This document shows, one piece after another, positions 35,918 through 44,795 of a stretch of 64,000 nt of DNA. The stretch lies in IMG/VR virus record IMGVR_UViG_3300027819_000006. One strand, 5' to 3'. The notes below the pieces were generated by a model. The model was not told the origin of the DNA. It made no database searches and was given only the letters and a program-made list of their open reading frames with translations. Positions within the stretch are counted from its first letter, which is position 1. Every line of letters begins with the position of its first letter. Made by a program: the position numbers and the translations under genes. Source of the DNA: a virus (taxonomy: Duplodnaviria > Caudoviricetes).

Positions 35918-36376
35918 TTATTCAATTGTCAAATTATTATCTAACCATTCTTCACACTGCTCTTGAGACTTTATATTACCAAGATTGTTCCTAAAATAGA
36001 ATAGTTTCACGTTCAAAATATTTTTAAATGCTTTAATTTTCAATTTAGATATAGTGACGTGTCTTCCTCTTCTAGAGCCCTTTATTTCTATCCATAGATT
36101 ACAATCTGGTATGAAAAAATCAGGAACATATTGCATCCCATCATCTGAAGTTCCATTGCTGATAGTGAATTTTTCAGCATTTTTAATCCAATAGATGTTT
36201 CTACTATTCAGTATATCTGCAAAAGCTAATTCATACAACCCATTCATTTCAAACTGTTCACCTTTTATATTTGCAAATTGTCTATTCTTTGTAAGCTCTT
36301 TTTGAGATTCATGGTTCAAATCAATCATGATATCTCCATTAATTGGTAACCATTTTATATGATTAAATATAAACAA
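35918..36376 (-). CDS. PD-(D/E)xK nuclease-like protein
   Basis: YELAFA...YVPDFFIPDCNLWIEIKG. Confidence 0.6.
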   Translation of the reverse strand: MFIFNHIKWLPINGDIMIDLNHESQKELTKNRQFANIKGEQFEMNGLYELAFADILNSRNIYWIKNAEKFTISNGTSDDGMQYVPDFFIPDCNLWIEIKGSRRGRHVTISKLKIKAFKNILNVKLFYFRNNLGNIKSQEQCEEWLDNNLTIE

Positions 36377-36394
36377 TTTAACCTAAAAGTAAAC
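36366..36394 (-). promoter_or_regulatory. sigma70-type promoter (class I)
   Basis: TTTACT-N17-TATATT. Confidence 0.65.
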
Positions 36395-36410
36395 AACTGT
36401 TTTATTTTGT

Positions 36411-36485
36411 AGCATCTACTCAGATTTAAACTGAGACCCTTTGCTTGGAAGGCAAACATGCTAAATCGTTAAACACTATAGATAC
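36411..36485 (-). tRNA. tRNA-Gly(TCC), CCA not encoded
   Basis: TTTGC-CTTCCAA-GCAAA. Confidence 0.8.
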
Positions 36486-36503
36486 TTATTTTTATATATA
36501 GAG

Positions 36504-36586
36504 TGCCAGAGGAGAGATTTGAACTCTCAGTAGGATTTCTCCAGATTGCTTCTAAAGCAATTTCGTATGCATTCCGACACTCTGGC
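36504..36586 (-). tRNA. tRNA-Leu(TAG), CCA not encoded
   Basis: ATTGC-TTTAGAA-GCAAT, long variable arm. Confidence 0.8.
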
Positions 36587-36836
36587 TCTTTTGTAATCTT
36601 TCTATTCTATCAAGTTCTTTTTGCATTTTTAAAATTTCTAATTCTGTATATATTAACAAAATTCTTAAAGAATCTAATTTTGTATTTGCAAATAAAAATG
36701 GGTTATTAAGATTTTTCATTATTGTTTTTACTAAAGCAGTATCTACAGGAACTGTTGCAGATTTTGTAGATACTGCAAACAATAAAATACAAGCTAAAAT
36801 TAATGCCATAACTTTCATTTTATCTCATTTTAAAAT

Positions 36837-36919
36837 TGGTAGCCCTACTCAGATTTGAACTGAGACGGCATAAATGCCACTGCTTTTGAAGCAGTTGAGT
36901 AGACATTCCTCTATAGGGC
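36837..36919 (-). tRNA. tRNA-Leu(CAA)
   Basis: ACTGC-TTCAAAA-GCAGT, CCA. Confidence 0.85.
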
Positions 36920-36945
36920 TATTGTTATTCTTCATCATTTATTAG

Positions 36946-37029
36946 TAGCTCTGGAGGGATTTCAACCCTCACTCCATTTAAGGAACATATTCTTGAAATA
37001 TGCGAGTCTAGCAATTTCTCCACAGAGCT
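36946..37029 (-). tRNA. tRNA-Leu(CAA), second copy, CCA not encoded
   Basis: CATAT-TTCAAGA-ATATG. Confidence 0.8.
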
Positions 37030-37036
37030 ATATTTT

Positions 37037-37110
37037 TGGTGGACTGAGATGGAATCGCACATCTACCACTAGTTTTTCAAGCTAGCACTCTTCTCCTGAG
37101 TTATCAGTCC
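37037..37110 (-). tRNA. tRNA-Phe(GAA)
   Basis: Loop TTGAAAA; acceptor GGACTGA/TCAGTCC; CCA. Confidence 0.8.
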
Positions 37111-37118
37111 CTATTTAT

Positions 37119-37146
37119 TGGTGCACTTGATAGGATTCGAACATAT
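37119..37146 (-). pseudogene. 3' fragment of a split tRNA
   Basis: GTTCGAATCCTAT-CAAGTGC-A-CCA; complementary 5' GCACTTG at 37872-37878. Confidence 0.7.
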
Positions 37147-37159
37147 ATGAGATTTTTAT

Positions 37160-37237
37160 TGGTGGGTCTGGCAGGAATTGCACCCGCATTTTTCTCCTTA
37201 AAAGGGAGCTACAAAAGCTAATTTTTGTTACAGACCC
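37160..37237 (-). tRNA. tRNA-Lys(TTT) with a 6-bp D-stem
   Basis: Loop CTTTTAA; ACAAAA/TTTTGT D-stem; 5' end overlaps the last codons of the upstream nuclease ORF. Confidence 0.75.
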
Positions 37238-37821
37238 ATTAAAATCTTTAATTCATTTATGCATTTTAAAACATTTTCTTTAACATCTTGAGCTTCAAAT
37301 CTTATAACTTTCCAACCATTTTCTATACTAAATTTATCTCTTCTTTCATCTATTAATTTAACTTTTGGTAAATTATGTGTAGACCCATCAATTTCAACAT
37401 CAATTTTTAAATCTATAAAAGCAAAATCATAACAATATATACTATGCTGATAATTGTATATCCATCCTTCAATGTTTGAATATTCTAAAGCATTTTTGAA
37501 TATTTTTTCTGGATAACTCATTTTAGAGCAATGATTTAGTTTGTATGGAACTTTTTCTGGATGTTCCATTAAATATTTTATTCGATGTAAAGATAATTTG
37601 TTTCTAGTTTCTTCAGTGTGATGTCTGCCTGTCCAATATATTCTTGCTGATTCTGATCTTTTCTTCCTCAATATTTCACTTTTATCATTATCAAGACAAA
37701 ACATTACATGAGAAGTCATTTTTTGTGGTATATCAAAACAAAATTCTTTTTTACAATGTTTGCATACATATATTTTCATTATGATCCTCCAATTATATAA
37801 TAAATATAACTGTCGAATCAT
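37228..37821 (-). CDS. Homing-type endonuclease (NUMOD3 + DUF559)
   Basis: WTGRHHTEETRNKLS, SYPEKIF...YDFAF..IDVEIDGSTH...GWKVIRF. Confidence 0.8.
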   Translation of the reverse strand: MIRQLYLLYNWRIIMKIYVCKHCKKEFCFDIPQKMTSHVMFCLDNDKSEILRKKRSESARIYWTGRHHTEETRNKLSLHRIKYLMEHPEKVPYKLNHCSKMSYPEKIFKNALEYSNIEGWIYNYQHSIYCYDFAFIDLKIDVEIDGSTHNLPKVKLIDERRDKFSIENGWKVIRFEAQDVKENVLKCINELKILMGL

Positions 37822-37842
37822 AAAAGACTTATGTAAAAAATA

Positions 37843-37878
37843 TTTAATAAGCTAGTTCCAGTCATGGTGTACAAGTGC
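37843..37878 (-). pseudogene. 5' fragment of a split tRNA (possibly Lys)
   Basis: GCACTTG-TA-...-CTAG-CTTATTAA. Confidence 0.55.
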
Positions 37879-37896
37879 TTTTAATATTCAATATTT

Positions 37897-38007
37897 TGGC
37901 TGGCATGGTGGGTACCGCCCCCACATAATCTCCGTTAATTTTACATCTCTTAGGTTTAGCCTAATTGATGGGACAGCGGAGCGCAATTGCTTGTCTGCCA
38001 CATGCCA
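37897..38007 (-). tRNA. tRNA-Asn(GTT) with a 35-nt insertion inside the anticodon
   Basis: CTCCG-CTGT[35 nt]TAA-CGGAG; removal gives a 76-nt cloverleaf with G73-CCA. Confidence 0.75.
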
Positions 38008-38048
38008 GTATTTAAATTAGATTGTCTGCAACAATTTTTGTATAGTTT

Positions 38049-38077
38049 AATATAAACAATCTATGATCAAATGTAAA
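38049..38077 (-). promoter_or_regulatory. sigma70-type promoter driving the tRNA array
   Basis: TTTACA-N17-TATATT. Confidence 0.75.
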
Positions 38078-38088
38078 CAACTATTTTA

Positions 38089-38129
38089 ACAAAAACAAAA
38101 AAGAGATAAAACTTGAATGTCTTATCTCT
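38089..38129 (-). terminator. intrinsic terminator with competing upstream stem
   Basis: AGAGATAA/TTATCTCT plus U-tract; alternative 12-bp stem 38114-38125 / 38148-38159. Confidence 0.55.
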
Positions 38130-38336
38130 GTGAAAGCTGTACTGCATATAAGACATTCATTCTAAGTCACTGTAGGTCTATTTTCATGATTATAGCTTTT
38201 AAAACTATTAATAGACAAACTATCTGAACATTGCAGATAGTTATCTGATAATAAGTTATGTCTTTGCTGTATGGTCATATGATTAATCTCTTTAGTTGTT
38301 GCTAATATAAATATATCTTAATCATAGCAAAATGCA

Positions 38337-38993
38337 TTAAAAATCAGCAGTCTGTTCTTTGTTTGCCCAAGTATTTGTTGCTATATACTGTATCCTCTTT
38401 TCATTGACAATCTTAACTGCTTCTTCTTTACTTTTAGCCCAGATTGTACAGTATAGCACATGCTCATCTTGCAACAGACTATTTTTGAAATTAGAACTGT
38501 CATCAGAATTAAATAGATAAGGATAGAATCTTTCTTTCTTTTCAAACCATTCACATCTAGGGTCGTAGTTTTTGTCTCCATGGTTCAAATCTTCTACTGG
38601 ATCCTGGCTATAGTCTGACTCAACAATAGAATCACCATTTTCTCTCATATATACTACATAAGTTTTGTAGCCATTATTTATGAATGTCAGAGCTTTGTTT
38701 ATGTTGTCTATTCTGTTGTTCAGTTTAAATGATTCTGTAGAATATTCGCAATCTTGTTGTTCTACTAATCTATTTAATTTTTCTTTGTGATCATCTGTGA
38801 AAACTCCAATTGTCTGCATTCCTGAATATTCACCTTCATATAGAACATGAACAGTTTCTTCATTTTTCATAGATAAAATGAATCTTTCTAATAGTTCTAT
38901 ATTAACTATACCTACTAAATTCATTAATCTTCTTAGCAGATCTTGTTGTTCATAATTCAGATCATATTTTAGAACCAACTCTAATGTTTTCAT
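38337..38993 (-). CDS. hypothetical protein
   Basis: 218-aa ORF. Confidence 0.5.
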   Translation of the reverse strand: MKTLELVLKYDLNYEQQDLLRRLMNLVGIVNIELLERFILSMKNEETVHVLYEGEYSGMQTIGVFTDDHKEKLNRLVEQQDCEYSTESFKLNNRIDNINKALTFINNGYKTYVVYMRENGDSIVESDYSQDPVEDLNHGDKNYDPRCEWFEKKERFYPYLFNSDDSSNFKNSLLQDEHVLYCTIWAKSKEEAVKIVNEKRIQYIATNTWANKEQTADF

Positions 38994-39262
38994 AGTATGC
39001 TTGGATGATCCTTTAAAAAAGACAATACATCATTTATGCCACAGTTGCAAGTTTTTCTAACTTCTATTGGAACTTGATAGTTGCAAAATAGAGAATGTGG
39101 AGCTAATTCATGTCCAACAGCATTTTCAATCTTTTTAAGAATAGCATACATTTCTTTGCACATTTTTCTGTACATATCTCTGTCAGCTATAGCAGCATCA
39201 AAAAAATCTCTAGATACTTTATCTTCATCTGTATCATGAGTGTCTAAATTTAAAAGGCTCAT
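38990..39262 (-). CDS. hypothetical protein
   Basis: 90-aa ORF. Confidence 0.45.
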   Translation of the reverse strand: MSLLNLDTHDTDEDKVSRDFFDAAIADRDMYRKMCKEMYAILKKIENAVGHELAPHSLFCNYQVPIEVRKTCNCGINDVLSFLKDHPSIL

Positions 39263-39271
39263 ATTGAGCTC

Positions 39272-39559
39272 CTAAAAATCATTTGGATGTCTCAATCTGT
39301 CATCCCAGAATTCATCTACATTAGGTTTATTTGCTATATAGTTTTTGATGTTCAGCCCTACTTTTTGTAATGCTTCAAATGCATCTTGCAAAGCTTGTCC
39401 ACTTCTTAGTGTCCATAGATAGACTTCTGCTCCAGCTTCTATTTCTTTCTTAATAGCATTTATTACATCCCATTTTGGCTCACCAATAGCTAGATAGTTA
39501 CTCTGAGGATCTGTGAAAGTAGTTCCATCAAAATCCAAAGCTATATGTTTTGTCATCAA
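39272..39559 (-). CDS. small HAD-like protein
   Basis: IALDFDGT, LWTLR, KPNVDEFWDDR. Confidence 0.65.
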   Translation of the reverse strand: MMTKHIALDFDGTTFTDPQSNYLAIGEPKWDVINAIKKEIEAGAEVYLWTLRSGQALQDAFEALQKVGLNIKNYIANKPNVDEFWDDRLRHPNDF

Positions 39560-40593
39560 ACTGCCATTTCTGCTGTTAATTTAGGATGGAATTGATAATT
39601 CTCTAATTCAAAATCTGTCATCACAAAATCTTCTAATTTAGTCTGTCCTCTATCTTTTATTTTTAATTTTGATTTTGGTATTTGATATGGAATTCTCTGC
39701 AGCTGTTCTTTAACTATATCTATATGATTCAAATATATATGAGTATCTCCCCCGACAAATATTAATTCGTGCGGAACAGTATTTGTAAGTTTAGCCAATA
39801 TAGATAGTAGAAATGCATATGATGAAATATTCGAGCAGAGTCCTAAAAAACTATCCACACTCCTCTGATACCATTGCAGTGACAATTTCAATTCTGGAAT
39901 TTCTATTTTTGATAATATCTGATCTAATTTTGTTGATTCTTCAAACATTCCAGTAGAAGACTCTACATCTATTTTAAGCACTTTCATTATATCATCATAT
40001 AATACAGGACTGTTATTATTTAAATAGATTAGTTTGTCAAAATTATTCATTTTTGAACAATATAGCTGTATAAGAACATGGCATGGGGGCAATGCGCATT
40101 TATCTGAACTTACTTCTGCGGGATTCCAAGCTGTAACAAGTATTCTTCTGTCATTGGGATTTTTCTTGATTGTGTCTATAACGTTTTGAAGCTGATCTAT
40201 TTCATGTTTGTATATTTCTGTTTCTACAAAATTAGCTTCTTCTTTTTCTATAAATTCCCATTTCCGCCATTGTTTGCCATAGAGTTTGCCACAATCACCA
40301 TCATCTTCATAGTTATTTCTTTTTATATAATCTGCATAGTTTCCATCCCAGAATTTATTTTTAGCATATATTTTCTTTAGATCATTGATATTGGATGAAC
40401 CAGATATGAACCATAGTAATTCTGATAATATTGAAAGAACTGGCATTTGTCGTGTAGTAATTATTGGAAATCCTTCATATATAGAAAATCTAAGCGTAGT
40501 TCCAAAGATAGATTTAGTGTCTACACCAGTTCTGTCAGATTTAGTTTCTCCATTATCTAAAATATTTTGCAATAAGTCTAAATAGTTTCTCAA
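39556..40593 (-). CDS. thyA: Thymidylate synthase
   Basis: DRTGVDT, YGKQWR, PNDRRILV, ALPPCH, QRSVD, DTHIYLNH. Confidence 0.95.
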   Translation of the reverse strand: MRNYLDLLQNILDNGETKSDRTGVDTKSIFGTTLRFSIYEGFPIITTRQMPVLSILSELLWFISGSSNINDLKKIYAKNKFWDGNYADYIKRNNYEDDGDCGKLYGKQWRKWEFIEKEEANFVETEIYKHEIDQLQNVIDTIKKNPNDRRILVTAWNPAEVSSDKCALPPCHVLIQLYCSKMNNFDKLIYLNNNSPVLYDDIMKVLKIDVESSTGMFEESTKLDQILSKIEIPELKLSLQWYQRSVDSFLGLCSNISSYAFLLSILAKLTNTVPHELIFVGGDTHIYLNHIDIVKEQLQRIPYQIPKSKLKIKDRGQTKLEDFVMTDFELENYQFHPKLTAEMAV

Positions 40594-41053
40594 AGTTTAG
40601 CATACTCCTTGTCAGAAATTTCTTGAGTAATTTCTACAATGTATGTAATTTTGTGTTTATCATTTTTAAGAGTGAATCTAAACTTTCCATCTACATAGTT
40701 CACATCAGAAGATTTAATTTTAGCATTAAATTTCTTTTCTTTATCTGATTTGACTAATGGATATATCAAAGAATCTGAAAATCTTGTTAGCAAATTGTAC
40801 AGGAAATTCTTATATGCTTTTCTGTTTTTATAAGTCATTAACATTAGATATCCTCCTTTATGATAAATTTTTCGCCATTCTTGCCTGCTTCATAAGCTTT
40901 CTTTAGTAGATCTGGTATCTCTGTCATGAAAGCTAAATCTCTTCCAAGTATCATGTCTTCTGGTGAATCACATTCATCTGAAGCAGAGCAGAAATGATGT
41001 CCATTTATTTTTAAACTATAGTAACTATCTGATGATTCAATTTCTATTTTCAT
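40590..41053 (-). CDS. two small hypothetical ORFs (40590-40844, 40844-41053)
   Basis: Coupled start/stop codons. Confidence 0.4.
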
Positions 41054-41655
41054 AGAACCTCTCTAACAAATAGTGCAACTTCTATTTTTTCTCCGCATTT
41101 CATTGATAGGTCCGATAGTAATTGTTTAATAATAACTTTATCGTTTTTGATAAACTTTTGCTCTGATAGACAAACTTCTTTGAACCATTTATTCAGCTTT
41201 CCATCTACAATTTTCTGTAATAGCTCTTGTTTATCTGTTTTAAATCCTCCTTTTTCTGTCATTTCTTTCATAGTCACAATAGATAATAGATTCTGCTGAC
41301 TATTCAGCTCTCTTTCAGAAATATCTTCTTTAGAGACATACAGTGGATTTTCAGAAGCTATCTGCAGACATAGATCGTTTCCAAGAACATTAAACTCATC
41401 AGTTTTGGCCACAAAATCAGTTTGACATTTTAGTTTTAACAGAACTCCAATTTTCTTGTTAGCATGTACATATGTGAAAATTCTACCTTCAGAAGTAGTT
41501 GCATTGTTGTTTGTCAGAATCTGAATACTCTGTTCTTGCAGCCATCTGATAGCTAGTTCTATATCATTCTCTGTTTTTTCTAATGCTTCTTTACATTTTG
41601 CAACAGACACATTAGTTCTCTGTCTGAATTCTTTTATGATGTCAAGATTGTTCAT
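41050..41655 (-). CDS. tsf: Translation elongation factor Ts (short form)
   Basis: IKEFRQRTNVSVAKCKEAL...DIELAI, SEGRI, CQTDFVAK, LQIA, IVDGKLNKWFKEVCLSEQKF. Confidence 0.85.
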   Translation of the reverse strand: MNNLDIIKEFRQRTNVSVAKCKEALEKTENDIELAIRWLQEQSIQILTNNNATTSEGRIFTYVHANKKIGVLLKLKCQTDFVAKTDEFNVLGNDLCLQIASENPLYVSKEDISERELNSQQNLLSIVTMKEMTEKGGFKTDKQELLQKIVDGKLNKWFKEVCLSEQKFIKNDKVIIKQLLSDLSMKCGEKIEVALFVREVL

Positions 41656-42716
41656 TTTAGTCCTGCTTGTTTATTCAAATATTTCATGAACCAAATTCTA
41701 GCTGCTGTGCTAGCATCTCTTGTCATATCTTTTGGCTCTAAATTATTTGACTGTAATGTGTCCATTTCCTCTTTAATAATATCATTTACAACCCATTTTA
41801 GAAATGCACCAGTTCCTTTTACGTCTGGCTCAAGTGAATTTTGAGTAAAAACATATTCTATACCCTGTAAAAGTCTAGAATCTGTCACAGTATATGCAAT
41901 AAATTCATTAATAGAATTCATCTTTTCTGTATCTACTTCAGCAAGCTTTTTAACTTTAGAAGAAGAATGTTTCATCCCTTTACTTTTAAATGTAATTCTT
42001 CCAGTTTTGTTACTGTAGTTGCAAAAAACGATTCCTTCTCCTATTCCCTCTTTGCCAAAATATTTACCTACAGGACAGCAAGCTTCTACTTCTTCTGTCA
42101 TTTTCACAATTTCATTCTGCGATCTTTCAGGATAGTTAAAATCAATATCTATTGAATATGTTTTAAATTGATGAACATTATAAATTCTATTTTCATTGCT
42201 ATGAATATTTTTATATTGATCATCTGTTAGCCAATAAGCAAATACAGACTCTTCTTCTATAGCACTCATTGGAGTAATTTTAACTCCAAAAATTAAAAAC
42301 ATTTTTTCAAGTCCAGATATTGCTACTCCACCCTGAATGTTAGACCCTGCCCACTCTCCATAGATTGTAATAATGTCATCTTGTAAACTTTTAGTATCTT
42401 CATCTATTTGTTTGAACAATTTTAAAAAAACATCTTCATTAGATTTTACAAAAAATGCAAATCCAGCATTGTCATGTTCTACAGATACATTATGATTTCT
42501 TGCCTGTGCCCATATTTCTGTACCGTCGAAGGATACAGCTGCATGTGTCCCGTGAATTTTGCAAGTTCCAGTAAATGTAAGAGTTGGCAGCATTACAGAT
42601 GGATCATAGATCGCATCTCCATTTTCATCCTTACCTTTATATCTATAAGATAGCTGCACTCCTTTAATTACATTTCTGAACTGCTCAATTTCAGGAAATT
42701 TAATGAATTTTTTCAT
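41652..42716 (-). CDS. RNA ligase (Rnl2-like)
   Basis: KIHGTHAA (motif I), YGEWAG, GEGIVF, FKSKG. Confidence 0.8.
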   Translation of the reverse strand: MKKFIKFPEIEQFRNVIKGVQLSYRYKGKDENGDAIYDPSVMLPTLTFTGTCKIHGTHAAVSFDGTEIWAQARNHNVSVEHDNAGFAFFVKSNEDVFLKLFKQIDEDTKSLQDDIITIYGEWAGSNIQGGVAISGLEKMFLIFGVKITPMSAIEEESVFAYWLTDDQYKNIHSNENRIYNVHQFKTYSIDIDFNYPERSQNEIVKMTEEVEACCPVGKYFGKEGIGEGIVFCNYSNKTGRITFKSKGMKHSSSKVKKLAEVDTEKMNSINEFIAYTVTDSRLLQGIEYVFTQNSLEPDVKGTGAFLKWVVNDIIKEEMDTLQSNNLEPKDMTRDASTAARIWFMKYLNKQAGLK

Positions 42717-43173
42717 TTAGTTTCTTCTCTCTTGCATAATCTTTCATTGCTGCTTCTTTAGTTTTAAACGGACCACAAGATTGAGAATAACCATTGAACC
42801 CATCCTTAGGAGGGTAATAGACTATCCAACTCCAAGTGTTCCAATATGTGCATTTATAATAAGCTACAGTTCTTTGAGTTCTGATTTTTGTTTTCATTTA
42901 TTATAAAAAATTGTTTATCATAGTTTAGAATATTTTATAATTCTATATTTTATTACAAGATTTCTATATTTTATATGATCATTGCATATCAACATTTTAA
43001 TATATGATCTTGCTTTTTTTCTAGTATGGAATGACGCTATTATAAGTGAATTGTCAATATCATAGTCTTCTATTATATAAGATCTAAAAATAGATTCTGA
43101 GATGTTGCAATATTTATATTCTACAACCCATACATTTTTCATATATTGTATCTTCTATTTAATAGTGATTATT

Positions 43174-43752
43174 TCAATTATCTGAATCATTGTCATCCAA
43201 AACCTGAATACCCTTCATGTATGTCCGATATGTTCCATTGAACGTATAAGTCCAATTGCACTCATCCACAAGATCATTCATCCAAGCTGATACTTCAGCT
43301 TGAGTTACAAAATATCCGTCATTTCTCAAACTTTTCTTGACATCAAATGTTGTAGTGCTACCATTATTTTCGATAAAAGTTTCTGCAACTGTTTTGACAT
43401 CATCTCTTGTAACATTTGGCTTGCTCATGACTGGAACTCCTTGTGGAATTGGTTGAGTATTTACTACAGAAACTACTCTACTTCCATTAAACATGTCAAG
43501 CAAATCATTTTCATAATACTTTAATACTTCATTTGCAACTTTTAAACTGTTAAAATATACAGTCATAAAACTTCTATACATTGGAGCTCTGACAGCATAT
43601 ACTCGATTCATTTCAGTATTATATTTGATGATATATCTTTTTTCTTGTGAATTGTTCCAATCAGGCTGCCAATCATTCTCCACAACCTGCTGTTCATCTG
43701 AAATTGCTTCCAATAATCTGAGTTTAGCATCATTAAATTTTGACACTTTCAT
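43174..43752 (-). CDS. hypothetical two-domain protein
   Basis: 192-aa ORF. Confidence 0.5.
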   Translation of the reverse strand: MKVSKFNDAKLRLLEAISDEQQVVENDWQPDWNNSQEKRYIIKYNTEMNRVYAVRAPMYRSFMTVYFNSLKVANEVLKYYENDLLDMFNGSRVVSVVNTQPIPQGVPVMSKPNVTRDDVKTVAETFIENNGSTTTFDVKKSLRNDGYFVTQAEVSAWMNDLVDECNWTYTFNGTYRTYMKGIQVLDDNDSDN

Positions 43753-43846
43753 TTCCTTTCTATATTATAAAGTTTGAAACCCTAAACATAAAATATGCAA
43801 TAAACAAATGACGAAAATTGCATACAATAAAAATCTAATCAATTTC

Positions 43847-44425
43847 TTAAACACTTTTTTCTCCATGGTGATCTATTGGTTTAAACATTTTCTTATTCAT
43901 TGTCTCTTTTACTTGGTCAAAATGTAGTGGTGTAAAATTGTGGCAATCTACTCCAACATCAAAACTTAAAGAATTAGGATCATCTAGTAAAGAACCATGA
44001 CTATGTCCATATAAATGCCAAGTTCCATAGTGAGATTTATGCCATTTTTTCATAGCATAATGGCAAAGTGTGATTTCCCGTCCATTTACTTTGATCTTCT
44101 TATAGTTTTCTGTAATTGAACCAAAATATTTGTAACAATCTTTCTTGTGCTTATCTATATATCTGTCATGATCTCCAGTAATCAGATGAATAATTCCATT
44201 CAGCTTTTCTGTAAGCAGTTCTAATTCTGTAGCGCTATTTATAAAAGCAAAGTCTCCTAAATGATAAACAGTATCAGCTGGGTTGACTACAGCATTCCAA
44301 TTTTCAATCATTGTGATATTCATCTCTTGCACAGAATTGAATGGACGGTTGCAATATTCGATTATTCTAGCATGCTGGAAATGGCTATCGCTCGTGAAGT
44401 ATGCCTCAGACATTTTCTTTCTCAT
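43847..44425 (-). CDS. Calcineurin-like metallophosphoesterase
   Basis: TSDSHFQH, HLGDFA, GDHD, LCHY, YGHSH. Confidence 0.9.
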   Translation of the reverse strand: MRKKMSEAYFTSDSHFQHARIIEYCNRPFNSVQEMNITMIENWNAVVNPADTVYHLGDFAFINSATELELLTEKLNGIIHLITGDHDRYIDKHKKDCYKYFGSITENYKKIKVNGREITLCHYAMKKWHKSHYGTWHLYGHSHGSLLDDPNSLSFDVGVDCHNFTPLHFDQVKETMNKKMFKPIDHHGEKSV

Positions 44426-44795
44426 ATTTAGCTTTTAATAGAGCTAATGTTCTCTTTTCTCTCAACTCTTCTTGTCTCTTCTGTTCTGCTAATTTTTCAG
44501 CATTTAATCTATCTCTTACAAATTGAGCTTTGTTTATTCTTTCTGTCTCCAATTCTACTATCTCAGCATCTGGTTTATTAAAATATAATAATGGTATATC
44601 TTCATATGCATTATCATCAGAATATCTGTGATGACTTAGATAGTACCTGATCTTGTTTCCATCTAATTCTATATCGTTTACATAGTAGTCAATATTTTTA
44701 GTTTCTAGAGCTAAAATTAATAGTGCTATCCTACCTGATTCTTTTGTTAGCTCTTGATATTCGTTATATGTTTTAGCTACATCAGTAGATTTCAT
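44406..44795 (-). CDS. hypothetical protein
   Basis: 129-aa ORF. Confidence 0.45.
   Translation of the reverse strand: MKSTDVAKTYNEYQELTKESGRIALLILALETKNIDYYVNDIELDGNKIRYYLSHHRYSDDNAYEDIPLLYFNKPDAEIVELETERINKAQFVRDRLNAEKLAEQKRQEELREKRTLALLKAKYEKENV

Noticed and set aside
39556-40593. Intein or intron in thyA (extra segment after the catalytic Cys)
   Set aside because: The in-frame insertion is short and lacks intein N-/C-terminal motifs (C/S start, HN end).
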